Shown here: positions 54,574 through 64,000 of the stretch, piece by piece
Layout: each line of letters begins with the position of its first letter
Numbering within the stretch: position 1 is the stretch's first letter
From: Eledone cirrhosa
Taxonomy: Eukaryota
NCBI GenBank assembly: GCA_964016885.1
Contig: OZ024752.1
Location: forward strand, 7,440,001-7,504,000
DNA: 64,000 nt
Direction: 5' to 3'
Notes under the pieces: model-generated
Told to the model about the DNA's origin: nothing
The model's input: the letters and a program-made list of their open reading frames with translations, nothing else
Database searches by the model: none
Translations under genes and position numbers: made by a program

Positions 54574-55106
54574 TATCATCATCATCATCATTTTACGTCC
54601 GCTTTTCCCTGCTTGCAAGGGTGGGACAGGAACTGATTCTGGCTTGATTTCTACAGCTGGATGCCTTTCCTAACACCAACCTCATTTACAGTGAGTGCTG
54701 GGTGCTTTTTCGTGGCGCCTACACGTCCACTTTACAGTGTGGGCTGGGTGCTTTTTTGCCGTGGCACCTCCACGACCACCTTGCGGTGGGGGGGGGGGGG
54801 GCATATTGTTTATATGCTTCAGCATGTACCCATGGGAGGTTGGGTACCCTGTATTACTGCGTGACGCCAGAAGTCACGGTCGTGTATCATTGACTTTGAG
54901 AGGTGTAGTTGGGTAAGGTCGGCTTTTATCACCTCATCCCAAGTCATCTTGGGTCTCCCCACTCCGCGGTTTCCATCAACTTCTAGTGCTCTGCACCTTT
55001 TTATGCAGCTGTCATCCTTCATACGCATCACATGTCCATACCAGCGTAACCGCCTCTCCTGCACGCAGCATTTGATTCCTCTTATGCTCAGTCTCTCTCT
55101 CAATTC
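54574..55106 (-). mobile_element. RTE LINE 3' fragment with full 3' UTR (source of the SINE B tail)
   Basis: Peptide RRLRWYGHVMRM...GNRGVGRPKMTW followed by a UTR matching the SINE B tail. Confidence 0.85.
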
Positions 55107-55107
55107 C

Positions 55108-55150
<43 letters not shown>

Positions 55151-55192
55151 ATATGTGTGTGTATATATATATGTGTATATATATATATATAA

Positions 55193-56718
55193 CTGATGGA
55201 TCAGGTTATGAAAGTGGCAGAAAGGATAGCACAACTAATTAGAGAAAGGGTCAAACTAGATGAGATGCAGTTTGGTTTTGTGTCTGGGAAAAGTACAACA
55301 GATGCCCTCTTCTTGGTGAGACAATTACAAGAGAGGTTCTTAGAGAAAAATAAGCCACTATACTTAGCCTTTGTTGACCTAGAGAAGGCCTTTAATAGAG
55401 TACTCCGATCTCTCATCTGGTGGTCCCTAAGGAAACTAGGTGTTGAGGAATGGCTTGTGAGGACAGTGCAAACTTTGTACAGAGGTGCTGTCAGTAAAGT
55501 CAGGGTAGGAATGGAGTATAGTGAAGAATTCCAGATACAAGTAGGAATACATCAAGGTTCGGTCCTCAGCCTGCTCTTGTTCATTATAGTCCTCCAAGCC
55601 ATAACAGAGGAGTTTAAGACTGGCTGTCCATAGGAACTTCTCTATGCTGACGGTCTGGTTCTTATAGCAGAATCAGTAGAGGAACTAGAGAATAAATTCT
55701 GGCTATGGAAACAGCAGTTGGAATCAAGACGACTGAGAGTGAACCTAGCTAAGACTAAAGTCTTGATGAGTAGAAAAGAGGACAAAACTCTGATTCCGTC
55801 AGGGAAATGGCTATGTTCGATATGTAGAAAAGGAACTGGCATAAATTTTATAAAATGTACACAATGCAGATCCTGGGTACACAAGAGATGTAGCGGGATA
55901 GCAGGCAAACTAACAGGTAGGGAGAAATACGTGTGCAGTAAATGTACAGGGAAAGTTGGCAGTAGTAATCGCAGTGATAGACACATTTTTCAAATGCAGG
56001 CGGTTGCTATAGAAGTGGTGGATAGCTTCTGGTACCTAGGAGATCAGATTAGCATGGGAGGGATGTTCCGAGGCCATAGTATCTAGAATAAGGACGCGTT
56101 GGAAGAAGTTTAGGGAGCTGCTTCCTCTACTGATGAAGAAGTGTTTCTCCCTGCATACGAAAGGCCAGTTATATGATGTCTGTGTGATGAGCGTGATGCT
56201 GCATGGTAGTGAGACATGGGCAGCTACCGCAGAGGATATGCGACGGCTGGAGAGAAATGAGGCAAGCATGCTCCGTTGGATGTGCAGTGTCAATGTGCGT
56301 GAACGACCTAGCATGAATGTGTTGAGAGAGAAACTGTGTCTGAGAGGGATAGAATGTAGTGTACGGGAGAGGAGACTGAGGTGGTATGGACATGTGATGT
56401 GTTGAGAGAGAAACTGTGTCTGAGAGGGATAGAATGTAGTGTACGGGAGAGGAGACTGAGGTGGTATGGACATGTGATGCGCATGGAGGATGACCGATGG
56501 GTGAAGAAGTGCCAGGAAATGCCAGTTGAAGGAAGACGTGGTAGAGGTAGACCACGAAAAACACGGGCGGAGGTGGTGAGAACAGACCTCAGATCGCTGA
56601 AGCTCATGGTGGAGATGACAAAGGACCATGATAAGTGGAGAGATGCTGTGCTGAATAAGACCCGTCCCACCCTTGCAAGCAGGGAAAAGTGGACGTAAAA
56701 TGATGATGATGATGATGA
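55193..56718 (+). pseudogene. 5'-truncated RTE LINE RT pseudogene with internal PHD finger; 80-bp tandem duplication at ~56317-56476
   Basis: QFGF..GKSTTDA, FVDLEKAF, GIHQGSVLS, CP*ELLYADG, KTKV, C4HC3 finger, FWYLG, RRLRWYGHV, GRPRKT; stop at 55631, frameshifts. Confidence 0.9.
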
Positions 56719-56734
56719 TATATATATATAGGAA

Positions 56735-56988
56735 AATAGACACTTTATTTCACGTTGCTCCAGTTTACTCAGCTGTAGAAAGGAGATGATAGTACTGGGG
56801 TCCCTATCATTCCACTGCAAAGTGGACGTGTAGACGCCACGGAAAAAAACACCCAGCACTCACTGTAAATGAGGTTGGTGTTAGGAAGGGCATCCAGCTG
56901 TAGAAATCAAGCCAGAATCAGTTCCCGTCCCACCCTTGCAAGCAGGGAAAAAGCGGATGTAAAATGATGATGATGATGATGATGATGA
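56735..56988 (+). mobile_element. SINE family B, 5'-truncated
   Basis: gacactttatttcac...(tga)n. Confidence 0.8.
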
Positions 56989-57210
56989 TATATATATATA
57001 TTTAATACATTAACAGAGAAAGCCATTAGCGACACTCTGACCAATTTCCAACTCACTCAACAAACATTAGGAAATACCTAAATATATTCCCAATTATACG
57101 TTTGGGGTGCTAACTATATTGTATTGTGTGGATAATCGGCTGTATTACTTTATAGGAGACATAATTAAATAAATCTCATTCCCCATACGATCGTTTCCTT
57201 ATAAGATTTC

Positions 57211-57256
<46 letters not shown>

Positions 57257-57473
57257 ATATACATATATATAATGCAAGAAGCAAAGAAAATTTCAGTGAT
57301 ACAAAAAGATTTCCTGGTGGAAGTTCAGGTAAACTCAGAATGAAAATCCAATTTGAAAATCCAACTAATTTTCCAAGAGATATCAATATGAATGGACCTG
57401 TTATTTTTCTCTAAAGATATTTTTTCCAATTCCAACCCGCCCGTCCCCTCAATCTATCTTATTTCTCATTCTT

Positions 57474-57509
57474 TCTTCTGATGAAGGACTAGCGTCCGAA
57501 ATGTTAAGA
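57474..57509 (+). ncRNA. Minimal hammerhead motif
   Basis: tctt-CTGATGA-aggac(tagc)gtcc-GAAATGTT-aaga. Confidence 0.7.
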
Positions 57510-57670
57510 CCCTCTTCCTGCTATTTCAAGCATTAAACTAATATATTCCTTCCATATACTGTACCGGTTGTGTTGTTATTTCTGTTTACCTTTACATATA
57601 TATATATGACGATGATGGTATAGTAATAATAAATACAAAGACCAAAATCCAAAGAGGACTCAATAAGGAT

Positions 57671-57701
<31 letters not shown>

Positions 57702-57874
57702 CAAAGATGATCCTTCTTAGGGTGAAAGCAGAAATTTATTACTTAAACTTTTAATCTGTACTAATACATATACTAGCCTATCTTCTAATATGCAAATCAG
57801 GCCGACCAGTCACCTTATATTCCAGAAAAGATGATATATTTTCACTAGCTCTGACAGTTGGCAGGTAAACAGTA

Positions 57875-57923
57875 AACTGTACTGATGAAGGGTAATCACC
57901 CAGAAACATTAGTGTCTGCTGTT
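57875..57923 (+). ncRNA. Type I hammerhead motif
   Basis: aactgta-CTGATGA-agggt(aatc)accca-GAAAC-attagt-GTC-tgctgtt. Confidence 0.7.
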
Positions 57924-58029
57924 CTATTTACATGTCAACACAAGAGCAAGAATGACAAGGTCATTCTTCTGACATGGCTTTGGAATTGAATAATCAAGAC
58001 CGTAGCGGTATGTCACATATCAAATCTTA

Positions 58030-58090
58030 TATTTTGTCTGATGAAAACATACTTAAACACCATTGTACCTTTGAAATATGTATAATAATA
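58030..58090 (+). ncRNA. Degenerate hammerhead (tattttgt family)
   Basis: tattttgt-CTGATGA...GAAATATGTATA. Confidence 0.55.
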
Positions 58091-58610
58091 TATATATTTT
58101 GATTATGAGAATATTTTTCATTTGTTAACATTTTGAATAATATATATATATATATATATATTTAAATATATAGGAAAAACAAATACTCGGCGTGAAATAT
58201 AGAAAAATGAGGTTCTTTAACATATGTTTCAATACAATATAAGAGTACATAATGCTAGTTGTATAATAATATTATTATTATGCCCATTCACTAGCAATAC
58301 ATTAAATATTGCATTAATTCAGAAAGATTTCAAAAGGATTTCAAAGTACAATGCAAGTTTGTTGCATCTTGCAGTGAAGATATTTCTACTGCTATCCGCT
58401 GTGAATAAATGGCTTCTTATTCGATTATTACTGTAACCTACAAGGACCACGTTGAAATACTTTGGTAAGCAATCTTACTTGTTTTATTTTTGTTTGTAAA
58501 CTTATCTACACAAACAAACTTTACTCATATATTTTTTCATATATATATATATATATATATAAATCAGGAAAGAAGGTTGACATGGTTTGCTATACAAAAA
58601 AGGTTTTTAA

Positions 58611-58731
58611 TCTCATAGCTGACATTTGTTTCTCTGAACTGGTATGTCTAGAGATCGCTATTCGCTTATTTTCGCGTTACTCGATCGCCAATACAAAATT
58701 ATAACCAGTCAGATCTTCGGAGCATGCGAGA
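58611..58731 (-). ncRNA. Hammerhead in the Penelope pLTR (core CCGAAGA)
   Basis: Minus strand: tctcgcatgct-CCGAAGA-tctgactggt...accagttcaga-GAAAC-aaat-GTC-agctatgaga. Confidence 0.65.
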
Positions 58732-59101
58732 ATGAAGAAAATACACAGGCAAGAAAAGAATATACAGGCTACTATATGAAGTAGTAATGGCATTCAATTA
58801 GAACAATAACAACAATTACAACAATGCTATTAATAAATTATTTGAGGAGACCCAGACATTACTTAGGTGGGGGGTATATAATGTATCTAACGTTACGGCG
58901 TGTAAAACTAGCTGTCATGAGGCAAAAGTAAGAGTTTGGCATGTACAGAGTATCGAAGTGTGTATCAATTTTAAATTATAAAGATAAGCTAGTGTTTACA
59001 GTCTTTCTCTTCATCTTCAATAGTATACATGAGTGGGACCACTGTCAAAGCTAAATAGTTGTTGAGTTAATACAGAGGTTAACGAAGTAATATACGCATA
59101 T

Positions 59102-59206
<105 letters not shown>

Positions 59207-59524
59207 CACATGCATGTGTACATAGACACATACATACACATCAATATACACTCGTACAAAAATATACATACATGCAAAGAGATAAGCGTGCTAATTGTAA
59301 TTATGGCAAAAGGAAGGTAAAGTTACATTGTAGTAGTGATTTGAGAAAAACTAGGATTTAGGATCAAATGATGGCAGCAGCTGAGAAGGAATAAGTTTGT
59401 GGGTAGATGAGGTACTTACAGACAATTGTGTGGTATAGACTTGTGAAGGATATAGTATACTTAATGAATATATTTCTGTGGGTAGTAGGTATCCTAATTT
59501 AAAGCTATGTTATGTTGGTTCGAT

Positions 59525-61650
59525 TCACGGAGGTTTGAATCTTATGAATTTAGTGGCAATTCTATGTCTGCAGAAGATAGATCTTTCTAACTTATTGTTA
59601 AGTAGCCTTTTTACATTTTTGAGGATATACAATAGCTCAAGATCACATAGCCCGCAGTGGGACATCCCTGTACTATAGGTTTTAGCAGCCGACAACTTCA
59701 ACCAGTTGATACTGTAGTTAGTGTTGCTGTCCTTCAATTCCCATATTTTTTTGGCGAGGGTTGTGGAACCCATAAGTGCACGGTTTTTCATTGAGTGTCT
59801 GTGTGCACATACCATCTTTTTTTAAAAGAACCCGCGGTGAATCCTATGTAATTCCAGGTGGAGTTACCCGAGATGACCGTGCACATGTACACCAGGCTCG
59901 AATCGAGACATCTGTTCGCCAATGGGCACCTATCTCGTAGGTGACAGTTACAGTTTGAGGCGCTATTTTGTGCAGCTTTTACATTCCTGTTTAGTACTCT
60001 GTTATAAGTGGGTTGTGATATATGCCCAATGGGGTTTTGCTGCTGCGCGTTTGTATGCGCTTGTGGTTGTGATGTTGTGATGTGTTTGTGCTTATATATA
60101 GGTGCAGTTGATTTACTAGAGATATTTCTGTGGTTGATCTTACGTATCTGTGATTCTATGTTAGCTGCTGATGAGAATGAGAGTTTTATAGTAGATCTAT
60201 TGAGTATTTTGTGATACCTATGCGAGATAGGGAAGTGTTTATCTATTAGTTTAAAGAATGTAGAGGGCAGTCTAGTTTTTATAGAGGAGTTGAATATTGG
60301 GTTGAACCATAGGTATTTTCTTTGTCTGTTTCTTCTATTGTTTCTTGGGTTTACGTTATTAGTGTTTTGGCCGTTTACTCCAGGTGCTACGTGCCTAACC
60401 CTATGTCTAGTTAAGCTATTCCTATTATTATGTGAGCGGTTGGAGTAGTAATTACTAGGATTGTTTACGTTGTCCTTATTCACTATATACTGTAGTTTAT
60501 CTTTATGACCGGCCCTACCTAATGCTGCATTATAATAGTCAGCATGCTCGTTAAAGATTTCTAGGTTTGAGGATAAGCGGGATATACTACGTGCTATGGA
60601 TCTAATTATGGATTTGGGGTGATTTGAGTTGTAACTAATGTAGGCAAGATTTTCATTATTTTTGTGGAAAGGTTCTATTAATCCAGTATTTAGATTTAGA
60701 GTCACATCTAGAAAATTTACCTTCTTATGGTTTAGTTCGTAGGTAATACTTAGGCCTAGTTTTTTGAATAATATTCTAATATTTTTTCTTAGTCTTTCCA
60801 TGCTCTGGTTGTTTAGGTTCCTAGCTATAAGTAACGTGTCGTCCCTATAAATTCCTCCTTGGAGGTTACTGAATTCCTTATGTAGGTTGTGTGCTATGAA
60901 TAGCCCCACGATATCTGTGATTTGCGCAGAATCATTTGATCCCATTGTTATATCGAAGCTATTTATTCTATCCTTTCTTACCCAGTAGCTATTTTCAAAT
61001 TTTATGATAGTCCTTCTAGCCGCTATTATTATTTCAATTTCATCATGGGTAAGATCAGAGTTATTTTGGGCAAATATAAGCGCCTTATCTAAGGTAGCTG
61101 GGGATATGGATGCATAATAGTCGTCTATATCAAATTGTATGAAGTTACACGTCTCCCTATTTTGAATTTTATTGAACCATTTAATTGCCTCGTTAGTGTT
61201 GCCCCATAAATTGATTTCTAGTTTACCCTTTATTTGTGCGATTACCCTATCTAGAATGTTCTTGCTAATTTTACCTATGTCTGACTTGGATGGGCATATT
61301 AATCTAATGGTGGGATTAGTTTCAAAGTTATTTTTGTGATCCTTCAGGTTAAATGTTGGGTTGCACGGGGTTAGCGGTTCGGTCCTATCTGGAATTCCGA
61401 GTTTATTAACTATCTTGAGGCCCTCCATGTTAATGCCGGTGAGTGTAGATTCATTTGTTTTTTTATATTTTTTATGTAGTTCACGCTGAATAAAGTTATT
61501 GTATGTGTTAATGTCCATAGAGTATACGTTTGATGTTTGTCTGCTTTTACTATGATACCGTTAGTGTCTTTTAGTTTTTTAAGTAATGTATTTAAGTCAT
61601 TTTGCAATTTGTTGTGATTTATTCCTTTTTTAAATTTAGTTTCACTTATC
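59525..61650 (-). pseudogene. Penelope RT + GIY-YIG endonuclease (frameshifts near 61520 and 59800)
   Basis: VKADK, LKDHK..PTIRLI, FDIDDYYASI, FDITMGS, YRDD, VNFLDVTL, SNHP, CNC..CPL..C, LVY...YIGFT..FKKRW, CGLCDLE, CRH. Confidence 0.9.
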
Positions 61651-61726
61651 ATTGTTCTAATTGAATGCCATTACTACTTCATATAGTAGCCTGTATATTC
61701 TTTTCTTGCCTATGTATTTTCTTCAT

Positions 61727-61847
61727 TCTCGCATTCTCCGAAGATCTGACTGGTTATAATTTTGTATTGGCGATCGAGTAACGTGAAAATAAGCGAATAG
61801 CGATCTCTAGACCTACCAGTTCAGAGAAACAAATGTCAGCTATGAGA
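61727..61847 (+). ncRNA. Hammerhead in the inverted pLTR copy
   Basis: Same motif as 58611-58731, on the plus strand. Confidence 0.65.
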
Positions 61848-62073
61848 TTAAAAACCTTTTTTGTATAGCAAACCATGTCAACCTTCTTTCCTGATTTATT
61901 ATTACTCCAAGTGTTTACAACATAGGAATTACGGCATACCCGCAGCATCACTATGAAAACGCCTTGTTGAGTCAAACCAAGCCAAGTGTTAATATCATTC
62001 ACTACCTGGAATATGGAATACCATAACTGGACTTTACCTAAGTGGACTGCATTTAACTATTATTTGTTACCCC

Positions 62074-62137
<64 letters not shown>

Positions 62138-62169
62138 ATATATATATATGTATATATAAATTTGAGCTA

Positions 62170-62246
62170 ACTTCCTGAAGAATCCGAAGCTCTGTTATCC
62201 AATGTTATCGGATGTCTTAAAATGCGGATGAAACCATGTTAGAGGT
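62170..62246 (+). ncRNA. Type I hammerhead motif
   Basis: acttc-CTGAAGA-atccg...cggat-GAAACCATGTTA-gaggt. Confidence 0.65.
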
Positions 62247-62616
62247 AATTAAATATGTACACTTTTCTTCTAGTTTATTTTACACCTAATTCTGTTTAGT
62301 TGACTGTATATCTGGTCGATTCATACATGCTGTCGAAATATTCGATAAATGATCCGTCGTAACCGCCGCGAAGGGGTTGCTTTCGGTTATTTGTCGGAGA
62401 GTTCTTCATAGGAGCCTTTATTCTTATAGCTTGGTCTAATTGATTTTTTTTATATGGTTAATTATGCTAATTAGGAGAGGGAGGAAACGGTATATATTTT
62501 ATCTGGTAATTCTATAGACATGTTTTATGATATATGTATATATATATATATATATATGTGTGTATACATATATATATGTGTGTGTGTATGTATATATATA
62601 TATATATATATATGTG

Positions 62617-62666
<50 letters not shown>

Positions 62667-62707
62667 TATATATATATATATATGCATATATATATATATA
62701 TGTATAT

Positions 62708-62976
62708 ACAATGATATTAAATAAATAGAAAGTATATTTATAAAGCCATATTTATTCTATTATATATATTTCAAGGCTACCAAAAAAACTTTGGTATGCT
62801 TTCATCAGATAAAATACAAAGAGTGTTTTATAAATTTTGACATAGCCAAGGAAAAACATACACTCTTTGTATTTTATCTGATGAAAGCATACCAAAGTTT
62901 CTTTGGTACCCTTGAAATATATATAATAGAATAAATATGGCTTTATAAATATAGTTTCCATTTATTTAATATCATT
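62708..62976. ncRNA. Fold-back palindrome with two divergent hammerheads (62753-62816 minus; 62870-62933 plus), tattttgt family
   Basis: tattttat-CTGATGA-aagcataccaaa..tttggtaccctt-GAAATATATATA-atagaata on each strand; ~118-bp arms. Confidence 0.75.
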
Positions 62977-63073
62977 GAATATTTACTACAGAAATCTTTT
63001 ATAAACTGAATCAGTTATAAACATTTATTTGTTGGATTTCCAACAAATTAAATATCCCTTCTACTTATATATG

Positions 63074-63184
<111 letters not shown>

Positions 63185-63451
63185 ATATATACATATATAT
63201 AATAGCATATTTATTGGGTATTGACCTGTTACGCGCATTTCACAGAGAATTGGCTCAAGGTCACTCATATGCGGTCATATGCCTTTTCGAGGTCTACAAA
63301 AATTGTTCCCCTCTGTCCATTATTTCTATATACTCCGTCACTAGTGGCCTATTTGTTAGTCTCTGCAGGTATGAGGGGTCTATTATACCAGTCATAGGTA
63401 CACCATACAACAATTTCATCCACAGTACAAACACGTGTGAAATAGTTTCAT

Positions 63452-63632
63452 TTGGCAGTATCGGTAGAGAGTCAGACACCATGCTTTGCAGCATAGAGTT
63501 ATGGTCCTTTATGATCTGAGTTCAAATCCCGCCGAGGTTAATTTTGCCTTTCATCCTTACGGGGTCGATAAAATAAGGTACCAGTAATGTACTGGGTAAT
63601 TGCTGGCCTTGTGCCAAAAGTAGAAACAATTA
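63452..63632 (+). mobile_element. SINE family A
   Basis: Same head, core and tail as the other copies. Confidence 0.85.
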
Positions 63633-63849
63633 TCCTTTAATCATTCAATAATTTATTTATAGCAAATCTTTGACATTATAATTTACCACCTTTGTAACCT
63701 GACACTATCAACACTTTAATATATTTATAGTTAAACAAATGTATAGTTAAACAAATGTAACTAAGAATATAGATTTTATATGTGGCCAGTGCTCTGGTGC
63801 AATAAGTAGCAGCAAGTGCCCACAGAATACTAGCTCATTCCATTGCATA

Positions 63850-64000
63850 GATGGTTCTATAGAAATATTGGACACCTTCCGTTACTTGGGTGACAAAATC
63901 AGCAGGGGTGGAGGGTGCTCTGAAAGTACAGTAGCTAGAGTCCGAACGGAATGGAAAAAGTTCAGAGAGTTTATACCACTATTAGCCGCTAAAGGGTTCT
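63850..64000 (+). mobile_element. RTE RT fragment running off the window edge
   Basis: IEILDTFRYLGDKISRGGGCSESTVARVRTEWKKFRE, homologous to 56005-56150. Confidence 0.8.

Overview
Eukaryotic, AT-rich, microsatellite-dense animal DNA. The SINE/RTE/Penelope content suggests an octopus-like mollusc, but that is an inference. The only host gene is a beta-tubulin (exons at 46694-46802, 49963-50318 and 52282-53097); I could not find its exon 1 in the window. A ~25 kb 43/47-bp tandem satellite (15212-40611, resuming at 45143-46290) flips orientation at a palindromic junction (39203/39204) and is interrupted by a near-intact CR1/L2-type LINE. That LINE has a G_GGA_AAC -1 slippery site joining ORF1 to an ORF2 with no ATG. 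The giant ORFs in the track are translations of this satellite. Other elements: a Penelope-like retroelement (RT + GIY-YIG, inverted pLTR), RTE LINE relics (one with a PHD finger inside the RT), two SINE families, a DD37D Tc1/mariner relic and MITEs. The most striking hidden signal is about 21 near-complete type I hammerhead-ribozyme motifs plus about 8 half motifs. They sit in short Penelope-like/retrozyme-like inserts, mostly between (TA)n tracts, and include a perfect 591-bp tandem dimer, U3-A8 covariant cores, and fold-back palindromes whose apex lies in ribozyme stem II. All folds were read by eye; none has been computed or tested.
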